Positions 27,158 to 39,085 of a stretch of 64,000 nucleotides of DNA are shown here, piece by piece. A program made the position numbers and the translations under genes. The DNA is from Marsupella aquatica (Eukaryota > Plantae > Marchantiophyta): assembly GCA_973895155.1 (NCBI GenBank), contig OZ316891.1:31503112-31567111 (forward strand). The letters are read 5' to 3'. Positions within the stretch are counted from its first letter, which is position 1. Every line of letters begins with the position of its first letter. The notes below the pieces were generated by a model. That model had not been told where the DNA came from, searched no databases, and saw nothing but the letters and a program-made list of their open reading frames with translations.

Positions 27158-30100
27158 ATGGATGGATGGGCAACTCCAGCACGAATTAACGCAAGGGCGA
27201 ATTTGATTACTCAATGCAGATTGAAATCTCGTGTTAGTTACGGCACGAGAGACTGGTCTCAAGTCACTGCACAAGGGAATGGCAGTAGGCACATTCATGA
27301 TGCTGGCACCACAAGTGAAACAATTGCTGTTTTGAAGGATCGTGTACAACGAAGCATTAGTATCGACTCGTACACATATGTTCAACTTCTGCAAATGTGT
27401 TCGAAACAACGAGACCTTTTAGCGGCCACCCAGGTCCATGACCACATCATCCAGAGTGGAATGGACGACAATCCACATGTGGCAGTCACCCTCCTGAACG
27501 TGTATATCAAATGTGGGGCATTGTTGGATGCACGTCGAGTTTTCGATCAACTTGAGGAGAAGAGTGTTATCACTTGGAACGCGATGATAGCAGGACATGC
27601 TAACAGGGATCATGCTAAATCTGTTCCAAAACTTTTCAATCAAATGCGCCAAGAAGGAGTGCAGCCAAATGAGATCACTTATCTCAGTATCCTGAAGGCT
27701 TGTGCCAACCCACTAGCTCTAAAATGGGGAAAGGAAGTTCATGTTTATATTCGACATGCTGGGTTTGAATCAGATGTGCGTGTAGGGTCGGCCCTCATAC
27801 AGATGTATGCAAAATGTGGGTGCATCACCGAGGCAAGGAAAGTTTTTGAAAAGCTGGCAAATCGAAATGTGATTACATGGACTGTTATGATTCGAGCATA
27901 TGCAGAACGTGGTGATGGTGTGGAAGCGTATCGACTGTTTCTCCAAATGAGACGGGAAGGGTTCGAACCAAATGCAATCACTTATGTGAGCATCCTGAAT
28001 GTATTTGCAAGCGCGGGGGCTTTGGAGTGGGTGAAGGAAGTTCATGGCCATGCTAGCAACGCGGGACTGGACTCCGATTTGCGAGTCGGCAGTGCACTAG
28101 TTCACATGTATGCAAAGAGTGGCAGTATAGATGATGCCCGACTGGTTTTTGACAAAATGGAGAAACGCGATGTAGTCACATGGAATGTGATGATCGGTGG
28201 ACTTGCACAACATGGATGCGGGCATGAAGCATATAAACTGTTTCTCCAAATGAGACGGGAAGGCTTCGAACCAAATGCAGTCACTTATGTGGGCATGCTG
28301 AATGCATTTGCAAGTGCGGGGGCTTTGGAGTGGGTGAAGGAGGTTCATGGCCATGCCAACAAAGCGGGACTGGAGTCAGATTTGCGCGTGGGCAGTGCAC
28401 TAGTTCACATGTATGCAAAGAGTGGCAGTATAGATGACGCCCGACTGGTTTTTAGCAAAATGGAGAAACGCGATGTAGTCACGTGGAATGTGATGATCGG
28501 TGGACTTGCGCAGCATGGATGTGGGCGTGAAGCATATCGACTGTTTCTCGAAATGAGACGTGATGGTTTTGAACCAGATGCATTCACTTATGCTAGTATT
28601 CTAAGTGCATCCGCAAGTGAGGGGGCTTTGGAATGGGTGAAGGAAGTTCATGGCCATGCTAGCAAAGCGAGACTGGACTCCGATTTGCGTGTGGGCAGTG
28701 CACTCGTTCACATGTATGCAGAGAGTGGCAGCATAGGGGACGCTCGACTGGTTTTTGACAGAATGAAGAAACGCGATGTATTCACATGGACTGTAATGAT
28801 CGGTGGACTTGCACAACATGGATGTGGGGAGGAAGCATATAGACTGTTTCTTCAAATGAGACGTGAAGGCTTCGAAGCAAATGCATTTACTTATGCTAGT
28901 ATTCTCAATGCATCTGCAAGTGAGGGGGCTTTGGAATGGGTGAAGGAAGTTCATGGCCATGCTAGCAAAGCGGGACTAGAGTCAGATTTGCGTGTGGGTA
29001 GTGCGCTGGTTCACATGTATGCAAAAACTGGCAGTATAGATGACGCCCGACTGGTTTTTGAGAGTATGCAGAAACGAAACGTAGTCACATGGAATGTAAT
29101 GATCGGTGGACTTGCCCAACATGGAAGTGGGCATGAAGCACATAGACTGTTTCTTCGAATGAGACGGGAAGGCTTCGAACCGAATGCAATCACTTATGTG
29201 GGCATCCTGAATGCATTTGCAAGTGCGGGGGCTTTGGACTGGGTGAAGAATGTTCATGGCCATGCTAGGAAAGCGGGACTGGAGTCAGATTTGCGGGTGG
29301 GCAGTGCACTGGTTCACATGTATGCAAAGAGTGGCAGTATAGATGACGCCCGACTGATTTTTGACAAAATGGGGAAACGCGACGTAGTCACATGGAATGT
29401 GATGATCGGTGCCCTTGCACGACACGGATGTGGGCATGAAGCATATCGACTGTTTCTCCAAATGAGACTAGAAGGCTTTGAACCAAATGCAATCACTTAT
29501 TTGGGCATCCTGAATGCATTTGCAAGTGCGGGTGCTTTGGAGTGGGTGAAGGAGGTTCATGGCCATGCTAGCAAAGCGGGACTGGACTCCGATTTGCGTG
29601 TGGGCAATGCACTCGTTCACATGTATGCAGAGAGTGGCAGCATAGGCGACGCCCGACTGGTTTTTGAGAGGATGGAGAAACGCGATGTGGTCACATGGAC
29701 TGTAATGATCGGTGGACTTGCACAACATGGTTGTGGGAATGAAGCCGTGGAACTCTTCAGAAAAATGACAGCAGACGGTATAAGGCCCGATGGGACTTCA
29801 TTCGTAGCAATTCTGTCAGCCTGTTGTCACGGAGGCCTTGTTGATGATGGCCGTAGACTCTTCTCGGCTATGACGCAAGATTTTGCCATTGAGCCTCACA
29901 TAGTGCATTATAACTGCATGGTGGATCTTCTTGGGCGGGCTGGACGCTTGGAGGAAGCAAAGCACTTTATTGGTGACATGCCAGTTGAACCAGATACAGT
30001 AACTTGGACTGCCCTGCTTGGGGCTTGTAGAACTTATGGTAATGTCGAGTTGGGCGAATTTGCCGCTAAAGAGCTTCTGAAGTTTGAACTCAACGATGCC

Positions 30101-30610
30101 TCTCCATATGTGCTCCTGTCCAACATCTACGCTGCAGCTGGTGAGTGGGAGAAAAAGTCATTGGTGCGCACCATGATGCAAAAGAGAGGTGTTCGGAAGG
30201 AGCCAGGACGTAGCTGGATTGAAGTTGATAAGAAGATCCATAAATTTGTTGTAGGGGATAGATCGCACCCAGAAGCGAAGGCGATATATGCTGAACTCAA
30301 AAAATTGACTGAAACATTGAAGGCTGAAGGCTACATTCCGGATACCCGACTTGTGTTGCATGATATCAATGAGAAGGATAAAGAAGTAGTTCTTTGCTCT
30401 CATAGTGAGAAGTTGGCTATTGCTTACGGACTTATGCACATACCTTCGGGAAAACCAATTCGAGTATGGAAGAACCTTCGGGTGTGTTCAGATTGCCATA
30501 CCGCTACCAAATTTATCTCTAAGGTGACTGGACGCGAGATTGTAGCCAGGGATGCCAATCGCTTTCACCATTTTAAGGATGGCTTATGTTCTTGCGGCGA
30601 TTACTGGTGA
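27158..30610 (+). CDS. PLS-class pentatricopeptide repeat protein with E1/E2/DYW deaminase domain (C-to-U RNA editing factor), 26 PPR motifs
   Basis: Uninterrupted ORF with 8 L-S-P triplets plus L2 and S2, PG box (PGRSWIEV), HSEKLA, CSDCH and terminal DYW. First in-frame ATG is 27158; the true start may lie in an upstream exon (acceptor at 27102-27103). Confidence 0.96.
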   Translation: MDGWATPARINARANLITQCRLKSRVSYGTRDWSQVTAQGNGSRHIHDAGTTSETIAVLKDRVQRSISIDSYTYVQLLQMCSKQRDLLAATQVHDHIIQSGMDDNPHVAVTLLNVYIKCGALLDARRVFDQLEEKSVITWNAMIAGHANRDHAKSVPKLFNQMRQEGVQPNEITYLSILKACANPLALKWGKEVHVYIRHAGFESDVRVGSALIQMYAKCGCITEARKVFEKLANRNVITWTVMIRAYAERGDGVEAYRLFLQMRREGFEPNAITYVSILNVFASAGALEWVKEVHGHASNAGLDSDLRVGSALVHMYAKSGSIDDARLVFDKMEKRDVVTWNVMIGGLAQHGCGHEAYKLFLQMRREGFEPNAVTYVGMLNAFASAGALEWVKEVHGHANKAGLESDLRVGSALVHMYAKSGSIDDARLVFSKMEKRDVVTWNVMIGGLAQHGCGREAYRLFLEMRRDGFEPDAFTYASILSASASEGALEWVKEVHGHASKARLDSDLRVGSALVHMYAESGSIGDARLVFDRMKKRDVFTWTVMIGGLAQHGCGEEAYRLFLQMRREGFEANAFTYASILNASASEGALEWVKEVHGHASKAGLESDLRVGSALVHMYAKTGSIDDARLVFESMQKRNVVTWNVMIGGLAQHGSGHEAHRLFLRMRREGFEPNAITYVGILNAFASAGALDWVKNVHGHARKAGLESDLRVGSALVHMYAKSGSIDDARLIFDKMGKRDVVTWNVMIGALARHGCGHEAYRLFLQMRLEGFEPNAITYLGILNAFASAGALEWVKEVHGHASKAGLDSDLRVGNALVHMYAESGSIGDARLVFERMEKRDVVTWTVMIGGLAQHGCGNEAVELFRKMTADGIRPDGTSFVAILSACCHGGLVDDGRRLFSAMTQDFAIEPHIVHYNCMVDLLGRAGRLEEAKHFIGDMPVEPDTVTWTALLGACRTYGNVELGEFAAKELLKFELNDASPYVLLSNIYAAAGEWEKKSLVRTMMQKRGVRKEPGRSWIEVDKKIHKFVVGDRSHPEAKAIYAELKKLTETLKAEGYIPDTRLVLHDINEKDKEVVLCSHSEKLAIAYGLMHIPSGKPIRVWKNLRVCSDCHTATKFISKVTGREIVARDANRFHHFKDGLCSCGDYW

Positions 30611-30687
30611 CCAGACTGCAATTTCTGTTCGAAATTGACTCGAAAGCAGCACTCACTCAGGCTCATTTGTCTTTGTGTTCTAATATG

Positions 30688-30891
30688 CCCATTTGTCTTT
30701 CTGTTCAAATCTGCGTCACCGAAGAAATTACTATTGTCTGATGCTTCAATGGACACCCATTTGTCTTTCTGTTCAAATCTGCGTTGCCGAAGAAATTACT
30801 ATTGTCTGATGCTTCAATGGACACCCATTTGTCTTTCTGTTCAAATCTGCGTTGCCGAAGAAATTACTATTGTCTGATGCTTCAATGGACA
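30688..30891 (+). repeat. Tandem repeat, 3 x 68 bp, downstream of the PPR-DYW stop
   Basis: cccatttgtctttctgttcaaatctgcgt..ccgaagaaattactattgtctgatgcttcaatggaca starts at 30688, 30756 and 30824. A degenerate partial unit lies at ~30663. Confidence 0.95.
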
Positions 30892-32359
30892 GATTGGCAA
30901 AATAGAATTTATCCCTCGAACGCAAATTTACACTATGGACTCAAATAAAGAACAATTTAACGCACTAGTATTCGATCAAATTTTAAAAGACTCCAAATGC
31001 TAATGTGAGGGGACACATGAGAAGAGAGTTGGCCCCTTCTGGCTAGTGTCATCAATTTCCTATGAACGTCGAGAGTGGCAGCAGTATTTCTGCTGTTCTT
31101 ACTGGCTAGTGGTTCTAATTTGAGGCGTTATGGGAGCTGAATTTCTTCGGTTAGTTCTGAGGCCAATGCCGAGGTTGTTCGATGGTGAAGATAGGAATCT
31201 TCCACTCTCTTTTACTCGCAGCGTGTCTGTCGGGTCTTGATAAGCCCTCCAGTTGCTGGTACTCGTTCTCAAGTAGATATAGAGCTGTAACTATATCACG
31301 AATTGCCGGTAATTTTGAGGCTAGGCCTATATTTTACTTCTGTTTAGATGTGAAGTAACCTTGATTCAGAACTTCATGGAATAAGAATTCTTCCGTGTGA
31401 TCCTCGCAGTCAATAAATGTCTCTCGCGGTTGCAAACAGATATGCAACCGTTTGGGAAGAAGAAAACAAACGAGGTCAAAATCGCGGGATGTAGGGCTTC
31501 TAGGGGATTCTAATCAAGTTCGTTAAGTATTATGATGCCCGTTGCATTCGTTACATGGGTGAATTCCGTTTTTCTCTGCGCTAGATGTCGTCTTTTCTTA
31601 TTTCTCGTCTTAGGTTGGTTTCTATCTATTATTTCCATGGGAGGACCTTGATAGGCCAGTATCCTTTCTTCCTATTCTGAAACTCGGAATTGCAGCTTCG
31701 GAGTGGCCATCTGTGTATGAGCTAGTTTCTTTGCTCTCCACTAGTTTCTCAGTTCTTTTCATCTATCTCCATAGGGCGGCCACGTAGCTAGCTGTTTCTT
31801 CTAAGTTACTGTGAAACAGAATTGGACCTCCCTGATTATTGTCTACATACTCAAAGATGCTTGGAGTGAAGTTAGTTTGGAGCCTCACTGTTTAGAGGCA
31901 TGCAATGCTGCTTGCCGTATATGATTGAGAGTCTCATCAATTACTGATTGATTGACAGTCCCATCGGGGACGACTGCAGGGAGGAACCCTCCCTAAGGGC
32001 TGTCTTGCATGAAGTGGTCACAGGCTCGGTGAGCACACAGGTGCCACCTGATCACTTACAGGGTCGATAATTTGAAGACCCCCCCATGCAAGCCGACCCG
32101 AGACTGGTGGAAACAATCATAGCATTAAATTTAAATCAATAAATAGTCACGGAGCAGCAATGGGGCTTGAATATCGGACATCATACTTCGCAACTTGAGT
32201 GCCACTGAACTAGACACTGATGGCGAAGGGTAAAACCTCGAGTGAATTTATAGTTGGTGATGATTAAAAACATTATTAAGGTTACTATAGATGATCGTCA
32301 GTCGGTAGAAACCTGTGGAGGCAGGAAGCAAGCGTGTGGAGATTGAAGCCGGGAAGGAA

Positions 32360-32510
32360 GCATGGTGACTGTTCCTCCAAAATGAGATGGGAAGTTGAAG
32401 CATATTGACTGTTCCTCTGAATGAGATTGGAAGGCTTTGAACCGAATGCCATCCCTTATGTGAGCATCTTGAATGCATCGTCAAGTCAGAGGCTTTGGAG
32501 TTGGTGGAGG
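32360..32510 (+). pseudogene. Degenerate PPR (P-L motif) fragment
   Basis: EAY*LFL*MRLEGFEPNAIPYVSILNA matches the repeat unit of the flanking PPR genes, with stops. Confidence 0.75.
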
Positions 32511-34020
32511 CAACCATATGTTGGGACACATACAGCGACACATGGAGTTTAGTCTGTGGTGACTTCTGGTCCTGAATGTGGTCTCGCCATGTTACTCAGG
32601 CTTTTCCTGGGTTTTACTTTTCTTATAAGTAAAGGACTCCTTTCAAGATAAAAGAAATAGAAAAAAAGTTCACAAGTGCTCCCACCTTCCTGCAAAACCA
32701 ACCCTCAGGCGGGGATGGAGCACTTCCTCCAGTGCCTTGTCATACTCGTCATATTGCAGATTGGAAACTTGGGTGAGTGCTCTATTAAAAAAAACCCTCC
32801 ATTGCTGCTGGCCATGAGCGACGGGTCCGCAGTTCGTCAAGAGACGATGATTTAAAATCCTCGATACATGGACTGTCCTGAAGAAAAAGGCCACTTTAGT
32901 GGCAGAGGACAATTTGCAGCTGGGAGATACTACTCTTGGTTATTCTTTTGTGTTGTGTGGGTGGGGGGAGTGACGAGTCCAGGGCGAACAAAGTGATGTT
33001 GGATACAAAACCACTGAAATCTTGTCCATGCTGCTCCACAACGATATTCGGGTCTTCAGCATAAAAAACAGCCCAACAGAAGAGCAGGGCTGAGCCATGT
33101 CTAAGTGATTGAATCTAAAATCCTACAATTGTCTATCTATGAAGGCGGAAGTCACATACACCTACAGGCGACAAAGTTCACTACGAGGTAACGAATACTT
33201 GAGACTCTCCTCGAAAACTGACAGTGCCAATATTCGAAAGCAAATGAAGGGATTACTTAAAACATTGGACAGTACCTTCGAACAAGCAGCCTTAAGGCCC
33301 CGAACACTCAAACTTTTAATGAAAAACCAAAACTTGTAATCAAAGACCTTAATAACACGCACAAAATTAGATACATGTTCATTCTTTTGCTTTTAGAGGA
33401 AACCTTTCATTCGTGATGAGCTAGAGACATGAACAAAGAAATTGCACGTCGGCAGTTTTCCCCTGCTTGAAAGTATGATCATTCTTTCAAGGCCATTTCC
33501 ACGACAAGACAATTACTGGAGTGCTTCTGCAAAACCTTTGTCTCCTAATCTAGCGAGGAAATTTTGAGGGAGTACTGAAAGAATTTTCGTACAGCCAAGG
33601 GCTTCATTTCGCATATCTCTGCTTTGGACTGTCAAGAAGCACCTCAGACAACTTTTCTATGATACGCTATCCACTGAACCTAGAAATTTGAAAGTTTGTC
33701 AACACTCACAGTGACCAACGACTTTCTTCCAATTGTTTGAAGGATTGCGAATTTCACTGTCCGTTGCTCTCGCAAAATCCTAAATGGATGAAACAGTCTT
33801 TCAGCCTGGTAAGGGCTGGTTACAACGCCAAATGGCATAATCTGAAGGTTCCTGTCAAGGAACTGCCATCGCCCAGGGCTTCAAGAAAAATCTCTCCAAA
33901 TATGCTTTTTGAATGTATGCCTTTCATCCAGTAAACAACGAAAACCTGATTATATCTGAGCTGCCAGTGAGTCCTGTTTATGGTCACTTTCCAGACAGCG
34001 CAACGCAGCTTCCAATCTGG

Positions 34021-36282
34021 TCACCAATAATCACCACAAGAACAAACCCCATCTTTGAAATGGTGAAAGCGATTTGCATCTCTCGCTATAATCTCGCGTC
34101 CTGTCACCTTAGAGATAAACTTCGTTGCTGTATGGCAATCTGGACACACCCGAAGGTTCTTCCTTACACGAATGGGTTCTCCCAGAGGTATGTGCATAAG
34201 TCCGTAAGCAATAGCCAGCTTCTCACTGTGAGAACAAAGAGCTAGTTCTTTATCCTCCTTATTGATATCATGCAATACAAGCCGGGTATCGGGAATGTAG
34301 CCTTTAGCCTTCAGGTTTTCAGTCAATTTATTGAGCTCAGTATATATCTCTTTCGCTTCTGGGTGAGATGTATCCCCTACAAGAAATTCATGGATCTTGT
34401 TATCAACTTCAATCCAGCTACGCCCTGGCTCCTTGCGAACACCTCTCTCTTGCATCATACTGCGCACCAGGGAAACCTTCTCCCATTTTCCAGCTGCAGC
34501 ATAGATGTTGGAGAGAAGCACATATGTAGAGGCCCCGCTGGGTACCAACTTGAAAAGGGCGTTAGCCGCGAGTTCGCCCATCTCAACATTACCGTGGGTT
34601 CTACAGGCCCCAAGGAAGGCTGTCCAAGTTACTACATCTGGGTCAACTCGCATTAAACTTATAAACCGCTTTGCTTCCTCCAAGTGTCCAGCGCGCCCAA
34701 GAAGATCCACCATGCAGGTATAATGCAGAATGTCAGGCTCGATGCCATAATCTTGCGTCATAGCTGAAAAGAGTCTCCGACCGTCATCAACAAGGCCACC
34801 ATGAGAACAAGCTGATAACACTCCCACAAATGTTGTCCCGCTGGGCTTCACAAGATCCGCATTCATTTTTTTGAAGAGTGCCAGGGCTTCACGCCCATAT
34901 CCATGTTGTGCAAGTCCACCGATCATTACATTCCATGTGACGACATCGCGTTTCTCCATTTTGTTAAAAACCAGTCGGGCGTCATCTATACTACCACTCT
35001 TTGCATACATATGAACCAGTGCACTTCCCACACGCAAATCTGACTCCAGTCCCGCTTTGCTAGCATGGCCATGAATCTCCTTCACCCACTCCAAAGCCCC
35101 GGCACTTGCAAATGCATTCAGGATGCCCACATAAGTGATCGCATTTGGTTTAAAGCCTTCTAGTCTCATTTGGAGAAACAGTTTATATGCTTCATGCCCA
35201 CATCCGTGTCGTGCAAGGCCACCGATCATTACATTCCATGTGACTACGTCGCGTTTCCCCATTTTGTCAAAAACCAGTCGGGCGTCATCTATACTGCCAC
35301 TCTTTGCATACATGTGAACCAGTGCACTGCCCACACGCAAATCGGAGTCCAGTCCCGCGTTGCTAGCATGGCCATGAACTTCCTTCACCCAGTCCAAAGC
35401 CCCCGTACTTGCAAATGCATTCAGGATGCCCACATAAGTGATTGCATTTGGTTCGAAGCCTTCCCGTCTCATTTGGAGAAACAGTCGATATGCTTCCACA
35501 CCGTGACCACGGTCTGCATATGCTCGAATTATGACAGTCCATGTAATCACATTTCGATTTGCCAGCTTTTCAAAAACTTTCCTTGCCTCGGTGATGCACC
35601 CACATTTGGCATACATCTGTACGAGGGCAGACCCTACACGCACATCTGATTCAAAGTCAGCATGCCGAATATACACATGAACTTCTTTTCCCCATTTAAG
35701 AGCCGATGGGTTGGCACATGCCTTCAGGATGCTCAGATATGTGATCTCATTTGGCTGCACGCCTTCTTTGCGCATTTGATTGAAAAGCTCCGATACAGAT
35801 TCAGCGAGATCACTGTTAGCATATCCTGCTATCATCGCGTTCCAAGTAATAACACCCTTGTTCTCAAGCTGATCAAAAACTCGTCGTGCATCCAACAAAG
35901 CCCCACATTTAATATAAACATTCAGGAGGGTGTTAACCACATATAGATTCTTGTCCATTCCCCTCTGGATGATGTGGTCATGCACATGCGTGGCCGCTGA
36001 GAGGTCTTTGTGTTTCGAGCACATTTGTAGAACTTGAACATATGTATACGAGTCAATGGTACTACCTCGTTCTAGACGATCCTTCCAAACAGCAATTATT
36101 TCACTTGCGGTACCAGCATCATGCATGTGCCTACTGCCATTCCTTTGTGCAGTGACTTGAGACCAATCTCTAGTGCCATAACTGACATGAGATTGCAATC
36201 TGCATTGAGTACTTAAATTCGCCCTTGCCTTAACCCATACTGGACTAGACCACCCATTCACCCCAAGTGCTTTCCCTGTCAT
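34021..36282 (-). CDS. PLS-class PPR-DYW RNA editing factor, 14 PPR motifs (paralogue of 27158-30610)
   Basis: Uninterrupted ORF with 4 L-S-P triplets plus L2 and S2, E1/E2, PGRSWIEV, HSEKLA, CPDCH and DYW. Confidence 0.96.
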   Translation of the reverse strand: MTGKALGVNGWSSPVWVKARANLSTQCRLQSHVSYGTRDWSQVTAQRNGSRHMHDAGTASEIIAVWKDRLERGSTIDSYTYVQVLQMCSKHKDLSAATHVHDHIIQRGMDKNLYVVNTLLNVYIKCGALLDARRVFDQLENKGVITWNAMIAGYANSDLAESVSELFNQMRKEGVQPNEITYLSILKACANPSALKWGKEVHVYIRHADFESDVRVGSALVQMYAKCGCITEARKVFEKLANRNVITWTVIIRAYADRGHGVEAYRLFLQMRREGFEPNAITYVGILNAFASTGALDWVKEVHGHASNAGLDSDLRVGSALVHMYAKSGSIDDARLVFDKMGKRDVVTWNVMIGGLARHGCGHEAYKLFLQMRLEGFKPNAITYVGILNAFASAGALEWVKEIHGHASKAGLESDLRVGSALVHMYAKSGSIDDARLVFNKMEKRDVVTWNVMIGGLAQHGYGREALALFKKMNADLVKPSGTTFVGVLSACSHGGLVDDGRRLFSAMTQDYGIEPDILHYTCMVDLLGRAGHLEEAKRFISLMRVDPDVVTWTAFLGACRTHGNVEMGELAANALFKLVPSGASTYVLLSNIYAAAGKWEKVSLVRSMMQERGVRKEPGRSWIEVDNKIHEFLVGDTSHPEAKEIYTELNKLTENLKAKGYIPDTRLVLHDINKEDKELALCSHSEKLAIAYGLMHIPLGEPIRVRKNLRVCPDCHTATKFISKVTGREIIARDANRFHHFKDGVCSCGDYW

Positions 36283-38020
36283 CTTACGATTGAACTCAGG
36301 TGCTCTGGGTTTTCTCTGTCAGCACCACAACCCACAATCAGATCTGGAAAGCCTGACTGATACCAGGATAAAATCCAGGAGATTCCACGAGGTAGAAAAT
36401 ATTTGCTTTTATTTCTTAAGGACTACATTTCACAATGAAATGCTTCAGAAATAGATAGCAGAACGGGAAGTGTCTTAGAGTCCTACGGCTAGGATGCATG
36501 CCTACCTCCGTCCAAAGAAGTATTTTCTTGTCTCCCTTGCTCTGCTGCGATCGTTGGTACATATAACTTGGACATGTTATATGATTCAATTGAGAGAAAC
36601 GGCTATCTGTCCAGAATGCAAGGATGTTAGAATTGAATACTGAAATAGTTGTGAAAGGCATATCCAGGTGGCTTATGTTTCAAAAAGCTCATTCATACTC
36701 CAGTACTTCACTGTAAGCATAGGAAGGGCAGAGTCAGGAGCCTGTCAAACTGTCCCTAAAAATCTTCATCAATCAGTCATATGTTTGTAGGATAGACTAG
36801 GGCACCTTGACAAGCGTGCATTTGTAACTTGCCTACGGTGTGTAATGATAACCTAGCTGACAGAACTCAGGCTTTTGAAAAGAGACTACAATTCAGAAAT
36901 AAAGCCTACCCGCATACTTTAGATTCGAATCCATTGAGATTAGACACAGATGACATGAATGTGAAAGCGCTCCCCATATTATAACATGAATGTGACAGCG
37001 GGCCCCCTCCCTATGCTTCCTTGGAGATGAAAGAACAATCAAACTTGAAATTTAGGTCTTCATCACATAAGTCTGATGGCAGGAAACTCATTCAACCATA
37101 AAGGTCACAGCGTGGTGCTGGAACAAGGGTTTTTGCTTATAAGTAGTTAATGATACGTTGAAATCACTCTTCACTCTTGTTACCTGGAGGCTTTGTACAA
37201 GAACAAGGGCTTGCGCCAATACCAATCAAACCGGAAGATGAAGGATGAACTCTGCAAAATAAAACGTCTTTGTTGAGAATATATTTAAGGTCGTTTGCTC
37301 ACATGATAATCCAACAAAACATGCATACAAAATTAATCATACCTAGCTGTGGAGTGCTGCCTAAAACAGTCCATATCCAAAATTCCCATCGAGTCAGCTT
37401 CGTTCCCGTGCCGAGAATAGAGCGCTTGATAGTACAGTTGTAAGAAACATTACCTTACCTGTTTGACAAACGTTCCAAGCAGTGTAAGCCGTGGAATCTT
37501 GCAGAGCCTCAAATTTCAAGTCTCACCTTTCCTTCCACTTCGACTCAGGCAAAAACATTCACTAGGCGAAGGCTCTGTTGGGGAAAACTTACCGCTCAAC
37601 GTAAAAGTTGGAGGTGCTCCTAGAAGCATAGCAGCAGCAGTATATTCTCCAGGATCACGTCCTCCTGCACTAAGAATTAATAATTGCTGTCTCTATTTAA
37701 GAATTGATCCCAACTTTGCCATCCAAACTGGAGAATCAAGTTTTCAGAGTAATAAGTATGCGAAATACCTGATATTAAATCCCAAAGCAACCACTGCCAT
37801 ACCTGCACATGCCCTCTGAAAACTTTGGCGCAAGCGCTTTAGTTTATCGCCCTCCAAGCAAGAACCCTTTCCAACCGAATTGTCCTGGATAGCACACGAA
37901 AAATTGACGACATTTATTCAATCAAGAACTAGTGAACAACTGACATGCAGACCGTGTAACTAGAAAATTGGGCAGAAGGCTCGAGAATTCATTCAGAACA
38001 ACAAGTTGATGCAAGTGAGT
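34021..38020 (-). repeat. Inverted segmental duplication of ~25645-30610
   Basis: Similarity extends past the CDS through the upstream region, e.g. 37218-37258 = rc of 26409-26449 and 37980-38017 = rc of ~25648-25685. Confidence 0.9.
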
Positions 38021-38439
38021 GATTGGAGTGGGGAATGCCTCACAATAAAAGCTAAGCAAAGGAACACGGTGCTCTAAACCGTCTACGGTCCCCCTGAATT
38101 GCTTATCAGCTGTCCTTGTTCAATACACGGGATCACCCGATAGCTGGTTAAAAGACTTTCCTGAGACAACACAGAAAGACATGTGCAAATCAGAAGTACG
38201 ACTCAGTTTGCCAGGTAGAAATTTCGGAAGCTAAGAGCCCCGAAATGGAAGAATCAACCTACTTGATGCTAATGTACAGCCCCTGAGTTCAGTTCATATG
38301 ATCATTCTCACTCCTATATCGAAGTTTCCAGTGAAGAATTGGGTCCGAATGAAACCATACTGCCAGTGATATATGACATTTCCGGCGGTGGCTGCTTTTC
38401 TGTTCAAGTCAGAAATAGTCAGTGTAGTCGGGGGCCACA

Positions 38440-39085
38440 TGCATCAGTGACTCCACCAAGCATAGTACTGAACGCCTTCAAGGACGCAGGAGCTTGATCC
38501 ATGTTGTTAAGATCGTTCTGAGGGAGCAGCTGACGAAAACCTAAGCGATAAACAAATCCTTCCATAGACTCAATTTTTGGATTGCAAGGAAATAAAGTTC
38601 TTGCTTTGGGAAACTTGGCGTGTGGAAATGACACTTTGACGATAAAGGCCCAGACTGTCAACCATCCAGGGGCATTAATTGGGCTGATATCGGCACGGAC
38701 GAAATATTGGAACCCTGTTGTGCAACAAACGCAGCATTTGCCACAGGCAATTTGGCTTGCGGAGATGCCAATGGAAAGGTGAAAGGGAGAAATCTCAACC
38801 TTCCAGGTGGGTTAGTGGACCTGACACTGGCACTTACAAAAGATACAAATCCAAGTTTACAGCATAAGGCAGCATTCGCCTGCAGCAAGTTGACGGACAA
38901 ATGAAGTCCAAAATCATTGACCATCCCGGTGCACTGGAGGTATTAGTGGATTCTCTAACGAAGTCGACCAACCCTGCTTTACAGAAAAATTCAGTAGTGA
39001 CATTGGCCATCCTTGCCTGTCAATAAGGCCAAGTCCAACATTGCAGGTCATACGGGGGCACTCGAGGGGCTAGTGCTTGCTTGAT
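38440..39085 (+). pseudogene. Armadillo (ARM)-repeat gene fragment
   Basis: Repeated ALGNLACG..HPGAL.GL, NAAFATGNLACG..PGGLVDL and HPGALEVLV..NPALQKNSVVTL units, broken by frameshifts and stops. Confidence 0.65.

Noticed and set aside
27419-30439. Many short antisense ORFs over the PPR genes (also 34270-35946)
   Set aside because: They are shadows of the repetitive sense CDS.
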